From Rickettsia typhi (GTDB lineage: Bacteria; Pseudomonadota; Alphaproteobacteria; Rickettsiales; UBA1997): a DNA stretch of 64,000 nt. The number at the start of each line of letters is the position of its first letter. Within the stretch, counting starts at the first letter, position 1. Below the pieces are notes generated by a model that was given only the letters and a program-made list of their open reading frames with translations, searched no databases and had not been told where the DNA came from. Where the stretch lies: the NCBI GenBank assembly GCA_945872855.1, contig CAMCAW010000001.1, forward strand, positions 4,108 through 68,107, written 5' to 3'. The translations under genes were made by a program, and so were the position numbers. This document shows positions 36,007 through 45,273 of the stretch, piece by piece.

Positions 36007-36363
36007 ATGGCTAGAAGATGTGATTTACTTGGTGTTGGCGTTATGAGTGGTAACAAAGTTTCCCACTCTAATCGCAAAACCAGAAGAAAATTTTTACCGA
36101 ACATAAGAAGCATTTCTTTTAAAAGCGATGTTCTTGGTGTTGATGTAACGTTAGACGTTACAGCTTCTACCCTTAGAACGGTTAACAAATATGGCAATAT
36201 TGACAATTTTTTAGTCAATAGTCGTTTTGCGCATCTAACTGAAACTGCAAAAAAATTGCGCACTCAAATCAAGAAAAAATTGATTAAAAGTGGCAAGCTT
36301 GACGAAGTAAAATTTCCTAGAGTTGAAAGAAAAATTAGAGTAGCAAAAGTTGCTGCGGCTTAA
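36007..36363 (+). CDS. rpmB: 50S ribosomal protein L28
   Basis: MARRCDLLGVGVMSGNKVSHSNRKTRRKFLPNI. Confidence 0.93.
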   Translation: MARRCDLLGVGVMSGNKVSHSNRKTRRKFLPNIRSISFKSDVLGVDVTLDVTASTLRTVNKYGNIDNFLVNSRFAHLTETAKKLRTQIKKKLIKSGKLDEVKFPRVERKIRVAKVAAA

Positions 36364-36373
36364 TTGGTTTACT

Positions 36374-36411
36374 AAAAAACGGGACCCAATTTATTTTGCG
36401 TCCCGTTTTTT
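36374..36411 (+). terminator. Rho-independent terminator after rpmB
   Basis: acgggac (36379-36385) pairs with gtcccgt (36400-36406). An A-run lies upstream and tttttt (36406-36411) downstream. Confidence 0.72.
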
Positions 36412-36536
36412 GTTGCGTGTTTTTTAAATTTTGCACAATAAGTTTTGTGAAATGATGGTCTTTAAGATCGCTTATAGCATTAAATGTAAGTTCGGGAAGA
36501 TAATAATGTAGAACCAGCTTATCTGGCTGGGTTTAA

Positions 36537-37343
36537 TTAAAAGCCCTCTTTAAACAAAGTAACTTCACAATTCTCCACTGCAATAATATTTTCACATTCT
36601 TGATATTTGAAGCACTCTTCGGCAGTTTTTTCATCTCCAGAACACTCTTCTGCGCTTAGATGGCGAGCGTTTAAAATGCTAGAATTCTTCATTTTGCAAA
36701 GCTGTAAATTTTCTATAGCTGAGATATTCGGCTCATCATTTTTTGATAAGGCCATAATTTCTGTCGGATATTTTTTTTCGGAGAATAAAATATATTCGTT
36801 GAGACCTTTAAAATCGTATTCATCTTTATAAATTCCAGATTTTATAATGATTTCGTCATCTTTTTTGTAGAGATTGTAGAAGTTATATAGGTTTTCGGCT
36901 TTTTGGCATTTTGAAATATTTTCTTCTTTAGTAAGACTGCCTTTGACTAACTTCAGATTACTAATTTCACCATTTTTTGTATTAAAAGAGATCAGATTAC
37001 CGTTGTTGGATATGAGGGAGTGTGCGCCGTCTTTGACTTGCACGGTAAGTGCTCTATCTTTATAGAGTTGTGTAGCAAAAATTTTGTCGAGAAAAATAGC
37101 TAGCTTTGTTTCGTGTAAATAGGGATCGCTGAGCATTTTATCGCGAAAAAAACAGCTTTGTCCTAAGGTTTTTTCGCAATTATTTTCTGCAAGGGATGTT
37201 TGCAAAAAATAAGACGAGTCTATACGCTGTGAGGCTGTTTCTTTGGCGATATTTTTTCGCGTAGCGGCTTTTTCTTTTGCTGATGCGACCAATGGCTGCA
37301 AGATTGCAAAGGTTGCTATATAAAGTAATAATTTACGATTCAT
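36537..37343 (-). CDS. hypothetical secreted protein
   Basis: Signal peptide MNRKLLLYIATFAILQPLVASA. 268 aa with several Cys. No family recognised. Confidence 0.55.
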   Translation of the reverse strand: MNRKLLLYIATFAILQPLVASAKEKAATRKNIAKETASQRIDSSYFLQTSLAENNCEKTLGQSCFFRDKMLSDPYLHETKLAIFLDKIFATQLYKDRALTVQVKDGAHSLISNNGNLISFNTKNGEISNLKLVKGSLTKEENISKCQKAENLYNFYNLYKKDDEIIIKSGIYKDEYDFKGLNEYILFSEKKYPTEIMALSKNDEPNISAIENLQLCKMKNSSILNARHLSAEECSGDEKTAEECFKYQECENIIAVENCEVTLFKEGF

Positions 37344-37353
37344 ATTTCTTATA

Positions 37354-38427
37354 ATGTCTGATTTTTATATTACCTCTAATTCTGCTCTGAAAAAAATTGT
37401 TGATCTTGCTTATGCAGAAAAAATGGTGGCGATTGATACAGAATTTACTCGCGAAAAAACTTATTATCCAATTTTATCTTTGATTCAAATTGCAATTGGT
37501 AAAAAAACTTTTGTCATAGATTGTTTGTCCGATCTAGATTTAAAGCCGATGTATGGCATTATGGCTGATGCGGAGATTAAAAAAATACTACATTCTTCGG
37601 CGCAAGATTTACAAATTTTTTATCAACAATCGCGTGCATTGCCAGCGAACGTTGTCGATGTGCAGCTGATGGCAAATTTTTGTGGCTTTGGTTTTAATAT
37701 TGGCTATTCGAATTTAGTTGAAAGATTATTTGAAGTAAAAGTTGATAAAAAATTGCAGTGTAGCGATTGGCAGCAACGCCCACTAGATCTAGAGCAGCTT
37801 GAATACGCGGCGCTTGATGTTGCTTATCTTGAGGGAATTTATTTAAAATTGCACGAAGATTTGCAGCAAAAAAAGCGCGATAAATGGTTCTTGGAAGAGA
37901 TAGAAAGCTTTACGCATAAGGTGTTGGTGAAAGATGATAATAATCTGTTTAAGAATTTTTCGATGCAAAAAAAGTTTGGTAGAAAGACTCCGAACCAAAC
38001 TGCAAAAGTTAGAAATTTAATTTTATGGCGCGAGAAAATGGCGCAAACTATTAACGTGCCGCGTCGGCATTTTTTAGATGATCAGGCGTTGGAAGAAATT
38101 GTGATGTTGGATAATTTTCATCACAAGATTAGTGATCAGATGCGCGATGAAATCATGCAGATCATGACTCAGTGCGATAGTGGTAATCATGCTTTAGCGA
38201 TAGAACAAAGAAAGCATATTATGAATGAAGCGCAAAAAGAAAAATATGGTCGCGCTAAAGAATTGATCGAAAAAGTTGCGCTGCGCGAAGATTTGCGCGA
38301 GCAATTTTTAATTACTAGTTCTGATTTAAAAGAAGTTATTCTTGGCAATAAAAAAATCGATGAATTAATTTATGGCTGGCGTTATCACTTGTTTGGTTGG
38401 GACCTGCAAAAGTTGATAAATTCTTAA
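37354..38427 (+). CDS. rnd: ribonuclease D
   Basis: DEDD exonuclease motifs (AIDTEF, HSSAQDLQIF, YAALDVAYL) plus an HRDC-like C-terminal region. Confidence 0.88.
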   Translation: MSDFYITSNSALKKIVDLAYAEKMVAIDTEFTREKTYYPILSLIQIAIGKKTFVIDCLSDLDLKPMYGIMADAEIKKILHSSAQDLQIFYQQSRALPANVVDVQLMANFCGFGFNIGYSNLVERLFEVKVDKKLQCSDWQQRPLDLEQLEYAALDVAYLEGIYLKLHEDLQQKKRDKWFLEEIESFTHKVLVKDDNNLFKNFSMQKKFGRKTPNQTAKVRNLILWREKMAQTINVPRRHFLDDQALEEIVMLDNFHHKISDQMRDEIMQIMTQCDSGNHALAIEQRKHIMNEAQKEKYGRAKELIEKVALREDLREQFLITSSDLKEVILGNKKIDELIYGWRYHLFGWDLQKLINS

Positions 38428-38454
38428 CTATCTTAAAAAATAAACTTTCTCGTT

Positions 38455-39303
38455 ATGGCAAAAAAAATGATTGTGGCAAATTGGAAAATGAATAACGTTT
38501 TTGATGAGGCAGATCAATGGCTTGCAACGTTTTTAGATTTGCGTAATGCTAATCTAGATGCGTTAAAAAACATTGAAACGGTTTTGTGTCCTCCTGTATT
38601 TTTGGTGGATTATTTGGATAGTCAGTTGCTTGATAATGCATTTGATGGTTTGGAAAAAAAGATGGCGGAACAAAATAAGCAAGTTGAAGATTTTTCGGAA
38701 GAAGAGTTGGCGGATATTGTAATTGGTGAGCGCCCGTTTTTATTGGGTGCGCAAGATTGTCATTATGAAAATTCTGGATCTTTCACGGGCGATTTGAGCG
38801 CCGAAATGGTGAAAAAAATTGGTGGTGATTATGTGATTTTAGGGCATAGCGAGCGCAGAGAAAATCACTTTGAAACTGATGAAATTATAGCGAAAAAAGT
38901 TGCGGCGGCGGCGGTGCATGATTTGGTGCCGATTCTTTGTGTGGGCGAGAGCAAGGAAGTTCGCGATCAAAAAAAACATGTAGAGTTCGTTTATAAGCAA
39001 TTGCTTTTTTCAATTCCTAAGGGAGTAAAATTTGCAAAATTTGTGATTGCTTATGAGCCGATTTGGTCAATAGGGACGGGTGTTGTGCCGAGTTCTGAGC
39101 AAATTTCAGAAATGATAAAGTTGATCAAAAAAATTATTGCCGAAAAGGGCGCAGAATTTGCAGACGAATTTTTTGTTCTTTATGGCGGCTCGGTGACTGA
39201 AGAAAATGCTAAGGCAATTTTGGCAATCGAGAATGTTGATGGGCTCTTAGTGGGCAAGGCTTCGCTTGATGCTGAGATATTCGTTAAAATCTGTTTGTCG
39301 TAA
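38455..39303 (+). CDS. tpiA: triosephosphate isomerase (with a ~30-aa internal insertion)
   Basis: VANWKMN, LGHSERR, IAYEPIWSIGTG, YGGSV. 282 aa versus the ~250 typical. Confidence 0.92.
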   Translation: MAKKMIVANWKMNNVFDEADQWLATFLDLRNANLDALKNIETVLCPPVFLVDYLDSQLLDNAFDGLEKKMAEQNKQVEDFSEEELADIVIGERPFLLGAQDCHYENSGSFTGDLSAEMVKKIGGDYVILGHSERRENHFETDEIIAKKVAAAAVHDLVPILCVGESKEVRDQKKHVEFVYKQLLFSIPKGVKFAKFVIAYEPIWSIGTGVVPSSEQISEMIKLIKKIIAEKGAEFADEFFVLYGGSVTEENAKAILAIENVDGLLVGKASLDAEIFVKICLS

Positions 39304-39412
39304 TTTATTTGATTGCGATAAATAGCATTTCTGCTAAAAATAAATCCATAAAATCTTTGCCACAAATTGCACTAGGATTATTTTTATTTTAAATTATTAC
39401 ATTTTTTTCAAC

Positions 39413-40963
39413 ATGACAAAAAACTTTCGCACAGAAACTGATTCTTTTGGTGAAATTCAAGTGCCAGCAGAGGCTTATTATGCTGCTCAAACGCAACGTA
39501 GCGTGCAAAATTTTCCTATTTGCAACGATAATGCTGGCCATAAAATGCCCAAAGAAGTTGTTCGTGCAATGTTGTTGATTAAAAAGGCGGCAGCGCTTGC
39601 TAATAAAGACCTGATGGCCTCCGATCCAAAATCTGACGAGTTCAAAAAATTCTCACCAGACTTGGCGGATAAAATTGTTGATGCTGTAGATGCAATATTG
39701 GCGAGGTTCGATTGGTTTTATGCTAATCATTTTCCGTTGGTTGTTTGGCAAACTGGTTCTGGCACGCAAACAAATATGAATGTGAATGAAGTGATTGCTG
39801 GCGTGGCGAACGAGAAGGTGAGCGGTGTGAAGGGCGGCAAGTCGCCGGTGCATCCGAATGACCACGTGAATTTGGGGCAAAGTTCGAATGATACTTTCCC
39901 CACAGCCATGCATGTTGCGACGGTTTTGCTAACTTATGAAAAATTATTGCCAACTTTGGTGCGCTTTGCAAACGAGCTAGGCGCGAAAGAAAAAGAATTT
40001 AATGATATTGTAAAGATTGGCCGCACGCACACGCAAGACGCGACCCCAGTGACTTTGGGGCAAGAATTTTCGGCGTATAAATTTCAGGTGCAATGCGCGG
40101 CGGTTTTTGTTTCGCAAGCAATTGCATTTGTAACGCACTTGGCGCAAGGCGGCACAGCTGTAGGAACGGGATTGAATTGCCATCCAAAATTTGCAGAAAA
40201 ATTTGCAGAAAAAATCACGCAAGTTTCTGGTTTTTCTGAAATTTACAATCAATTGTTAAATCTAGATTTGGGCCACACAACCTTGGCAGATGGGGTTTGG
40301 AAGGTGAAGGATTCTGGTTTATTTTCGCAAGGTTTAAAAAATGCTGATCGTTTTTATTCTAGTAAAAATAAATTTTTTGCTTTGGCTTGTAATGACGAGC
40401 TGGTGAATTTATCGGGGGCGCTCAATAGTTTGGCGGCTTCTTGCATGAAAATTGCGAATGACATTCGCTTTCTAGCTTCTGGTCCGCGCTCTGGGCTTGG
40501 CGAAATTTCTTTGCCAGAAAACGAACCCGGTTCTTCAATTATGCCGGGGAAGGTTAATCCTACGCAATGTGAAGCGCTTACGATGATTGCTTGTCAAATT
40601 ATGGGAAATCACATTTCTGTAACGGTTGGTGGTTCTAATGGGCATTTTGAGCTGAATGTTTTTCGTCCGATGATTATTTATAATATCGTGAATTCGATCA
40701 ATTTATTGAGTGACGGAATCAACAGTTTTATTGATCAATGTTTAGTGGGGATCGTTGCAAACAAAGAGCGCATCACGCAATTGCTAGAGCAATCTTTAAT
40801 GTTGGTAACGGCGCTAAATCCCTATATTGGCTATGATAATGCGGCAAAAATTGCGAAGAAAGCGCATAAGGACGGCACGACGCTAAAGCAGGCGGCTCTA
40901 ACGCTAGGGCTGGTTAGCGCAGAAGATTTTGATAAGTGGGTAAGGCCAGAAAATATGGTCTAG
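39413..40963 (+). CDS. fumC: class II fumarate hydratase (with a ~38-aa internal insertion)
   Basis: [16 protein letters not shown] and [17 protein letters not shown] (fumarate-lyase signature). 516 aa versus the ~460 typical. Confidence 0.95.
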   Translation: MTKNFRTETDSFGEIQVPAEAYYAAQTQRSVQNFPICNDNAGHKMPKEVVRAMLLIKKAAALANKDLMASDPKSDEFKKFSPDLADKIVDAVDAILARFDWFYANHFPLVVWQTGSGTQTNMNVNEVIAGVANEKVSGVKGGKSPVHPNDHVNLGQSSNDTFPTAMHVATVLLTYEKLLPTLVRFANELGAKEKEFNDIVKIGRTHTQDATPVTLGQEFSAYKFQVQCAAVFVSQAIAFVTHLAQGGTAVGTGLNCHPKFAEKFAEKITQVSGFSEIYNQLLNLDLGHTTLADGVWKVKDSGLFSQGLKNADRFYSSKNKFFALACNDELVNLSGALNSLAASCMKIANDIRFLASGPRSGLGEISLPENEPGSSIMPGKVNPTQCEALTMIACQIMGNHISVTVGGSNGHFELNVFRPMIIYNIVNSINLLSDGINSFIDQCLVGIVANKERITQLLEQSLMLVTALNPYIGYDNAAKIAKKAHKDGTTLKQAALTLGLVSAEDFDKWVRPENMV

Positions 40964-41024
40964 CTTCATCTTGCAATATTGCGAGAGTTTTCTTTTGTCG
41001 CTTGGTTATTAGTGACTCTGATAA

Positions 41025-41369
41025 CTAAGCTTGAGTAAATTGATCAAAGGCGCGCAAAGCATCTGCGGCATACATTAAAGAAGGTCCGCCACCCATATAA
41101 ATTGCCATAGCAAGCACTTCCGCAACTTCTTGACGTGTCGCTTTTAATCTTACTAAAGATTTGGCGTGATAACCTAGGCAGCCGTCACAGCGCGCAGCAA
41201 CGCCAAGAGCTAATGCGATCAACTCTTTGGTTTTTTCATCTAAAACTTGTGCTTGAGTAGCGCTTTTTGCCATCAATCCAAAGCCATTCATGGTTTCTGG
41301 AATTAGTTTGCGCAATTCGGCGCTATAAGCGCTGATGTCGGTGATAATATTCTTATAATCTTTTTGCAT
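41025..41369 (-). CDS. carboxymuconolactone decarboxylase / AhpD-like family protein
   Basis: 114 aa; the AARCDGCLGYH motif is typical of the CMD/AhpD family. Confidence 0.8.
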   Translation of the reverse strand: MQKDYKNIITDISAYSAELRKLIPETMNGFGLMAKSATQAQVLDEKTKELIALALGVAARCDGCLGYHAKSLVRLKATRQEVAEVLAMAIYMGGGPSLMYAADALRAFDQFTQA

Positions 41370-41386
41370 ATTTTTTATTAATTAAT

Positions 41387-41938
41387 TTAGTCAATTGAAC
41401 AAGAGTTTGAAGCTTTAATGCCGCGGTTCCACGGCATTTTTGCCATTAATATTGCAAGACCGCAATAGCCACTCAGGCCTGCAAATGTAAGGCCAGCGCC
41501 AAAAAAAGCCGCTAAAAAACAAAATGCTGGATGGGTAAAATATCCAAGCAAGCTACAACTTAAAACACAAAGACCGATTGTTAATTGCACCTGCCGATCA
41601 AGTGGCAAGAAAAAACTTCCTGACTTTTGCGTTGCGTTTCCCGCCTTAATCCATGCTGAAATTCCACCTTCAAGATTGTAAATTTCAAGATCGTCATCTT
41701 CAGCTAAAAGCTTTTGACAAGCGTTCTGGCTGCGCTTTCCAGAATGACAATGTAAAACCAGTTTTTTATTTTGATATTGAGGTAAAGATTTTTTGCATAT
41801 ATTTGCTAGCGCAACAAGAGATGAGCCGTTTATTTTATTGGCCTGATGCTCTGCCGGCTCTCTTACATCAACAACAATTGCCTCGTTATTATTGAGCCAT
41901 TTTCTTAAAATTTTGCTATCTATGTTTTTAATTGGCAT
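41387..41938 (-). CDS. rhodanese-domain membrane protein (YgaP-like: rhodanese + DUF2892-type TM hairpin)
   Basis: Rhodanese active-site loop HCHSGKRS. C-terminal pair of hydrophobic helices. Confidence 0.75.
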   Translation of the reverse strand: MPIKNIDSKILRKWLNNNEAIVVDVREPAEHQANKINGSSLVALANICKKSLPQYQNKKLVLHCHSGKRSQNACQKLLAEDDDLEIYNLEGGISAWIKAGNATQKSGSFFLPLDRQVQLTIGLCVLSCSLLGYFTHPAFCFLAAFFGAGLTFAGLSGYCGLAILMAKMPWNRGIKASNSCSID

Positions 41939-41999
41939 GTTGGTTTTTAAATATTTTAGAGTTTTCTAAAATTAGATCTTTAGAATAATGATTCAATTG

Positions 42000-42368
42000 T
42001 TATCTGCAATAGATTAAATAAAGCGTTGATAAAATGGCTCTAGCCTCGTAGCTTTTTATAGAATAAAAGGCTTCTTGTCCTTTTTTTGTTCTTTCAATAA
42101 GGTTAAGTTTTGTCATGCGGCCAAGATGCTGTGAGAGCGCGGAATGAGATAGTCCAATTATCTTGGTAAGCTCTCCAGAGGATTTTCTCTCTTCTGTTAA
42201 ATGACATAAAATTTCTAATCTTCTTGAATTGGCAAGAATTTTTAGTATTGATTCTGCTTTTTTTATTTTTTGATTCATGTAATTTATTTTGTTACCGAAA
42301 AATATATTAGTATTTGCTAAAATATTATTCAAGTTTTTGGTAATTTCAACAAATAATTCGTTGTTCAT
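42000..42368 (-). CDS. ArsR/SmtB-family winged-helix transcriptional regulator
   Basis: LKILANSRRLEILCHL...SGELTKIIGLSHSALSQHLGRMTKLNLIER. The real start may be the internal ATG at 42278 (MNQKIKK...). Confidence 0.8.
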   Translation of the reverse strand: MNNELFVEITKNLNNILANTNIFFGNKINYMNQKIKKAESILKILANSRRLEILCHLTEERKSSGELTKIIGLSHSALSQHLGRMTKLNLIERTKKGQEAFYSIKSYEARAILSTLYLIYCR

Positions 42369-42927
42369 TTTGTTATTGAATTTAAATATTCAGACAATCG
42401 AGATCGACTCCCATGATATATTTGATGAGATTTTAGAGGAAAACTCGTCGGATATCTAATGCGACATCCTTACGCTTCTAGATTTGATAGCTCTCGCAGT
42501 AGCTCTGGTTCTGGTTTTAGGTTGCTGCAGTTAATAATATTTAATTCGGTTAATCCTGCGGGAAAACCATGTCTTGACACCTGACAAACTCTAATTTTGT
42601 TGTGTTACTAAATTTCATCAGACAATCTTCCATTGATAATTTGATCGTTGCTAATCGTTATAGTTGGCATAATTGATTAAAGTTTGTCAAAATCGTGCGG
42701 TCGCGGCGCTAGTATCGCAGAATAGTTTGAGGGGTCTGAATTGTGTTTTTTAGTCTGTGATTATATTAATTCGCAATATTATTGAGCTTTCAATCGGTTT
42801 TTTATGATTAATTGCAAACTTTCGATTAAATTGTTCGTTTTTAAGGCGAAAGTTTTAAACTGCTTTTTGCGCTATGTGGTTGTATAGAATTTAACTTTAA
42901 TCAAGCCGTTATCCAAAAACTTTTACG

Positions 42928-44046
42928 ATGTATACAAGAAAAACAATAGCTGAAATCAGCCTAGGGGCTCTAGCTTCAAACTTCAGTGCGATAAAATCTT
43001 TGCTGAAGCCACAAACAAAATTTCTGGCTTCTATAAAGGCCAACGCTTATGGTCATGGCGTGGTGCCGTTGGCGCAAGAACTCGTAAGGCTTGGAGTTGA
43101 TGCATTTGGTGTTTCGTGCGTTTATGAAGTGATAGAATTGCGCAAGGCGGGAATAAAATTGCCGATTCTGAATATGGGCCCGACCTTTGCAGATGAAGCC
43201 TCCGCAGTGGGTGAGTATGATTATATTCCCACGGTTTTCTCTCTCGATATTGCGCAAAAAATTTCTGCTGCTGCAAATAAAAAAATCAAAATTCACATCA
43301 AGGTTGATAGCGGCATGAACAGAATTGGCGCGGCTTGCGAAGATGTTTTACAATTGGTGCGCGATATTCAAAAATTGCCCAATATTGAAATTGATGGATT
43401 GTTCACTCACTTCGCCGATGCAGATACCCCTAGCTCTGGCGTCACAGAAATCCAGTTGCAAAAATTTAATAATCTGTTGCAAGAATTGCGTGAGGCGCAA
43501 ATAAAAATTCCGTTGATTCATGCTGCGAACTCAGCAGGAGCCTTGTTTTGGCCCGAATCTCATTTTGATATGGTGCGCGTCGGAAAATCTTTATATGGCT
43601 ATTCTCCTTCTGATGATGAAAATTTAAAACTGCCGGTAAAGCTAGAGCCTGTAATGTCGATCAAAAGCTATATTTCTCATGTAAAAAAAGTTCCTGCAGA
43701 TACGCCAATTTCTTATGGTTGGACATTTCGTAGCAAAAAAGAATCAACCATAATAACGTTGCCAATTGGCTATGCTGACGGCTTTCGGCGCGCTCCACAA
43801 AATTTTGGCGAGGTGCTGATTGGTGGAGAAAAATGCTTTGTTGTGGGCAGGGTTTGCATGGATCAATCTATGGTTGATGCCAGTCCTGTTCAAGCGCCGC
43901 AAGTGGGTGATGAGGTGGTGATTATTGGTCGCCAAGGCGATGAAAAAATCACGGCGCGAGATGTTGCAAAGCAAATTGGCACTAGCGCCTATGAGGTTTT
44001 ATCTGGTGTGGCGCCTCGAGTTGTAAGGGTTTATAAGGATTCCTAA
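42928..44046 (+). CDS. alr: alanine racemase
   Basis: PLP-lysine motif ASIKANAYGHG. 372 aa. Confidence 0.92.
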   Translation: MYTRKTIAEISLGALASNFSAIKSLLKPQTKFLASIKANAYGHGVVPLAQELVRLGVDAFGVSCVYEVIELRKAGIKLPILNMGPTFADEASAVGEYDYIPTVFSLDIAQKISAAANKKIKIHIKVDSGMNRIGAACEDVLQLVRDIQKLPNIEIDGLFTHFADADTPSSGVTEIQLQKFNNLLQELREAQIKIPLIHAANSAGALFWPESHFDMVRVGKSLYGYSPSDDENLKLPVKLEPVMSIKSYISHVKKVPADTPISYGWTFRSKKESTIITLPIGYADGFRRAPQNFGEVLIGGEKCFVVGRVCMDQSMVDASPVQAPQVGDEVVIIGRQGDEKITARDVAKQIGTSAYEVLSGVAPRVVRVYKDS

Positions 44047-44061
44047 TTTTTTTTATTTCTA

Positions 44062-45243
44062 ATGAATCGCGATATTTTTGATATTACAATTATTGGCGGA
44101 AGCTTTGCGGGAATGTCGGCGGCGCTTGCTTTGGCAGCTATTTCTCCCGATTTAAAAATTGCGGTTATCGAAAAGCAAGATATCGTGAATCACGATCGAA
44201 AACCAGATGGGCGCGGCTATGCAATTTCTAATTCTTCACTACGTTTGTTTGGCGAGATTGGGGTTTGTGATCAGGTTTTGCAAGAGGCGGGGGCGATTAA
44301 AGATATTCGTATCACCGATTATAAAAGTGCTGCAGTCCTTGATTTTCTAAGCAAAGAGGCTGATGAAAAAAATTTTGGTGCGTTGATCGAAAGTTATATA
44401 ATTCATAATGCGCTTAGAGACAAGCTGATCGCGACTGCGAATATCAAATTATTTTGTCCGCATTCTTATCAAGATATTTTGTTTTTACAAAATAAAGTTT
44501 TAGTAAAGCTGAATGATGAAGTGGCGCTAGAAAGTAAATTGCTACTAGCCTGCGATGGCCGTTTTTCGCCGCTGCGCAAGCTTTTTAATATTCATACAAC
44601 AGAAAAAAATTATCAGCAAAAGGCAATTGTTTTTAACATCAAGCATCAAAAACCGCATGAAGATATTGCTTATGAAAAATTTCTTCCCGGTGGGCCATTG
44701 GCGATTTTGCCACTAAAAAATCAACATCATTCATCAATCGTTTGGATAGCGCCAAATAAAGATGCAGAGGCTATTTTAGAATTAGATGAACAAAATTTTG
44801 CGCACCAACTTCATAAAAAAATGGAAAATTGTTTGGGTGAAATTGAGGTGGTTTCTGAGAAATTTTCTTACCCATTAATTATGATTGAGGCGCAAAAATT
44901 TTATCATGAAAAAATGCTATTAGTGGGCGATGCTGCTTGTGGCGTGCATCCAATTGCGGGGCAGGGTTTGAATTTAGGGCTTGGCAGTATTAAAATTTTG
45001 CAAGAACTGGTGCGGCAATATTTGTTTGCAGGGCTTGATATTGCTAGCTCTAGCCTTATTGAATCATATAATAAAAAAGCGCGCAGCAAAGCAAAAAAAA
45101 TGGTGATGGCGACTGATATTTTAAATTCGTTATTTGAAACCAAGAGCCTGACAATCGGCTTGGCGCGCGACTTTGGGCTGGCGATGGTTAACAAGATTCC
45201 ACGTTTAAAAAAAATATTTATTAAGAATGCTGGCGGCGCTTAG
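44062..45243 (+). CDS. UbiH/UbiF/VisC/COQ6-family FAD-dependent ubiquinone-biosynthesis hydroxylase
   Basis: ITIIGGSFAGMSAALAL Rossmann motif. LLVGDAACGVHPIAGQGLNLG. Confidence 0.85.
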   Translation: MNRDIFDITIIGGSFAGMSAALALAAISPDLKIAVIEKQDIVNHDRKPDGRGYAISNSSLRLFGEIGVCDQVLQEAGAIKDIRITDYKSAAVLDFLSKEADEKNFGALIESYIIHNALRDKLIATANIKLFCPHSYQDILFLQNKVLVKLNDEVALESKLLLACDGRFSPLRKLFNIHTTEKNYQQKAIVFNIKHQKPHEDIAYEKFLPGGPLAILPLKNQHHSSIVWIAPNKDAEAILELDEQNFAHQLHKKMENCLGEIEVVSEKFSYPLIMIEAQKFYHEKMLLVGDAACGVHPIAGQGLNLGLGSIKILQELVRQYLFAGLDIASSSLIESYNKKARSKAKKMVMATDILNSLFETKSLTIGLARDFGLAMVNKIPRLKKIFIKNAGGA

Positions 45244-45273
45244 CGTTAAAAATTTAATTTCCAAAATAGATGC

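Noticed and set aside
42369-42927. tRNA, tmRNA, 4.5S or 6S RNA in the large gap and elsewhere in the window
   Set aside because: No T-loop (GGTTCGAATCC-like) with acceptor-stem pairing. No SRP-RNA GGAAG-type domain IV motif. No tmRNA tag-reading-frame features were recognisable by eye.
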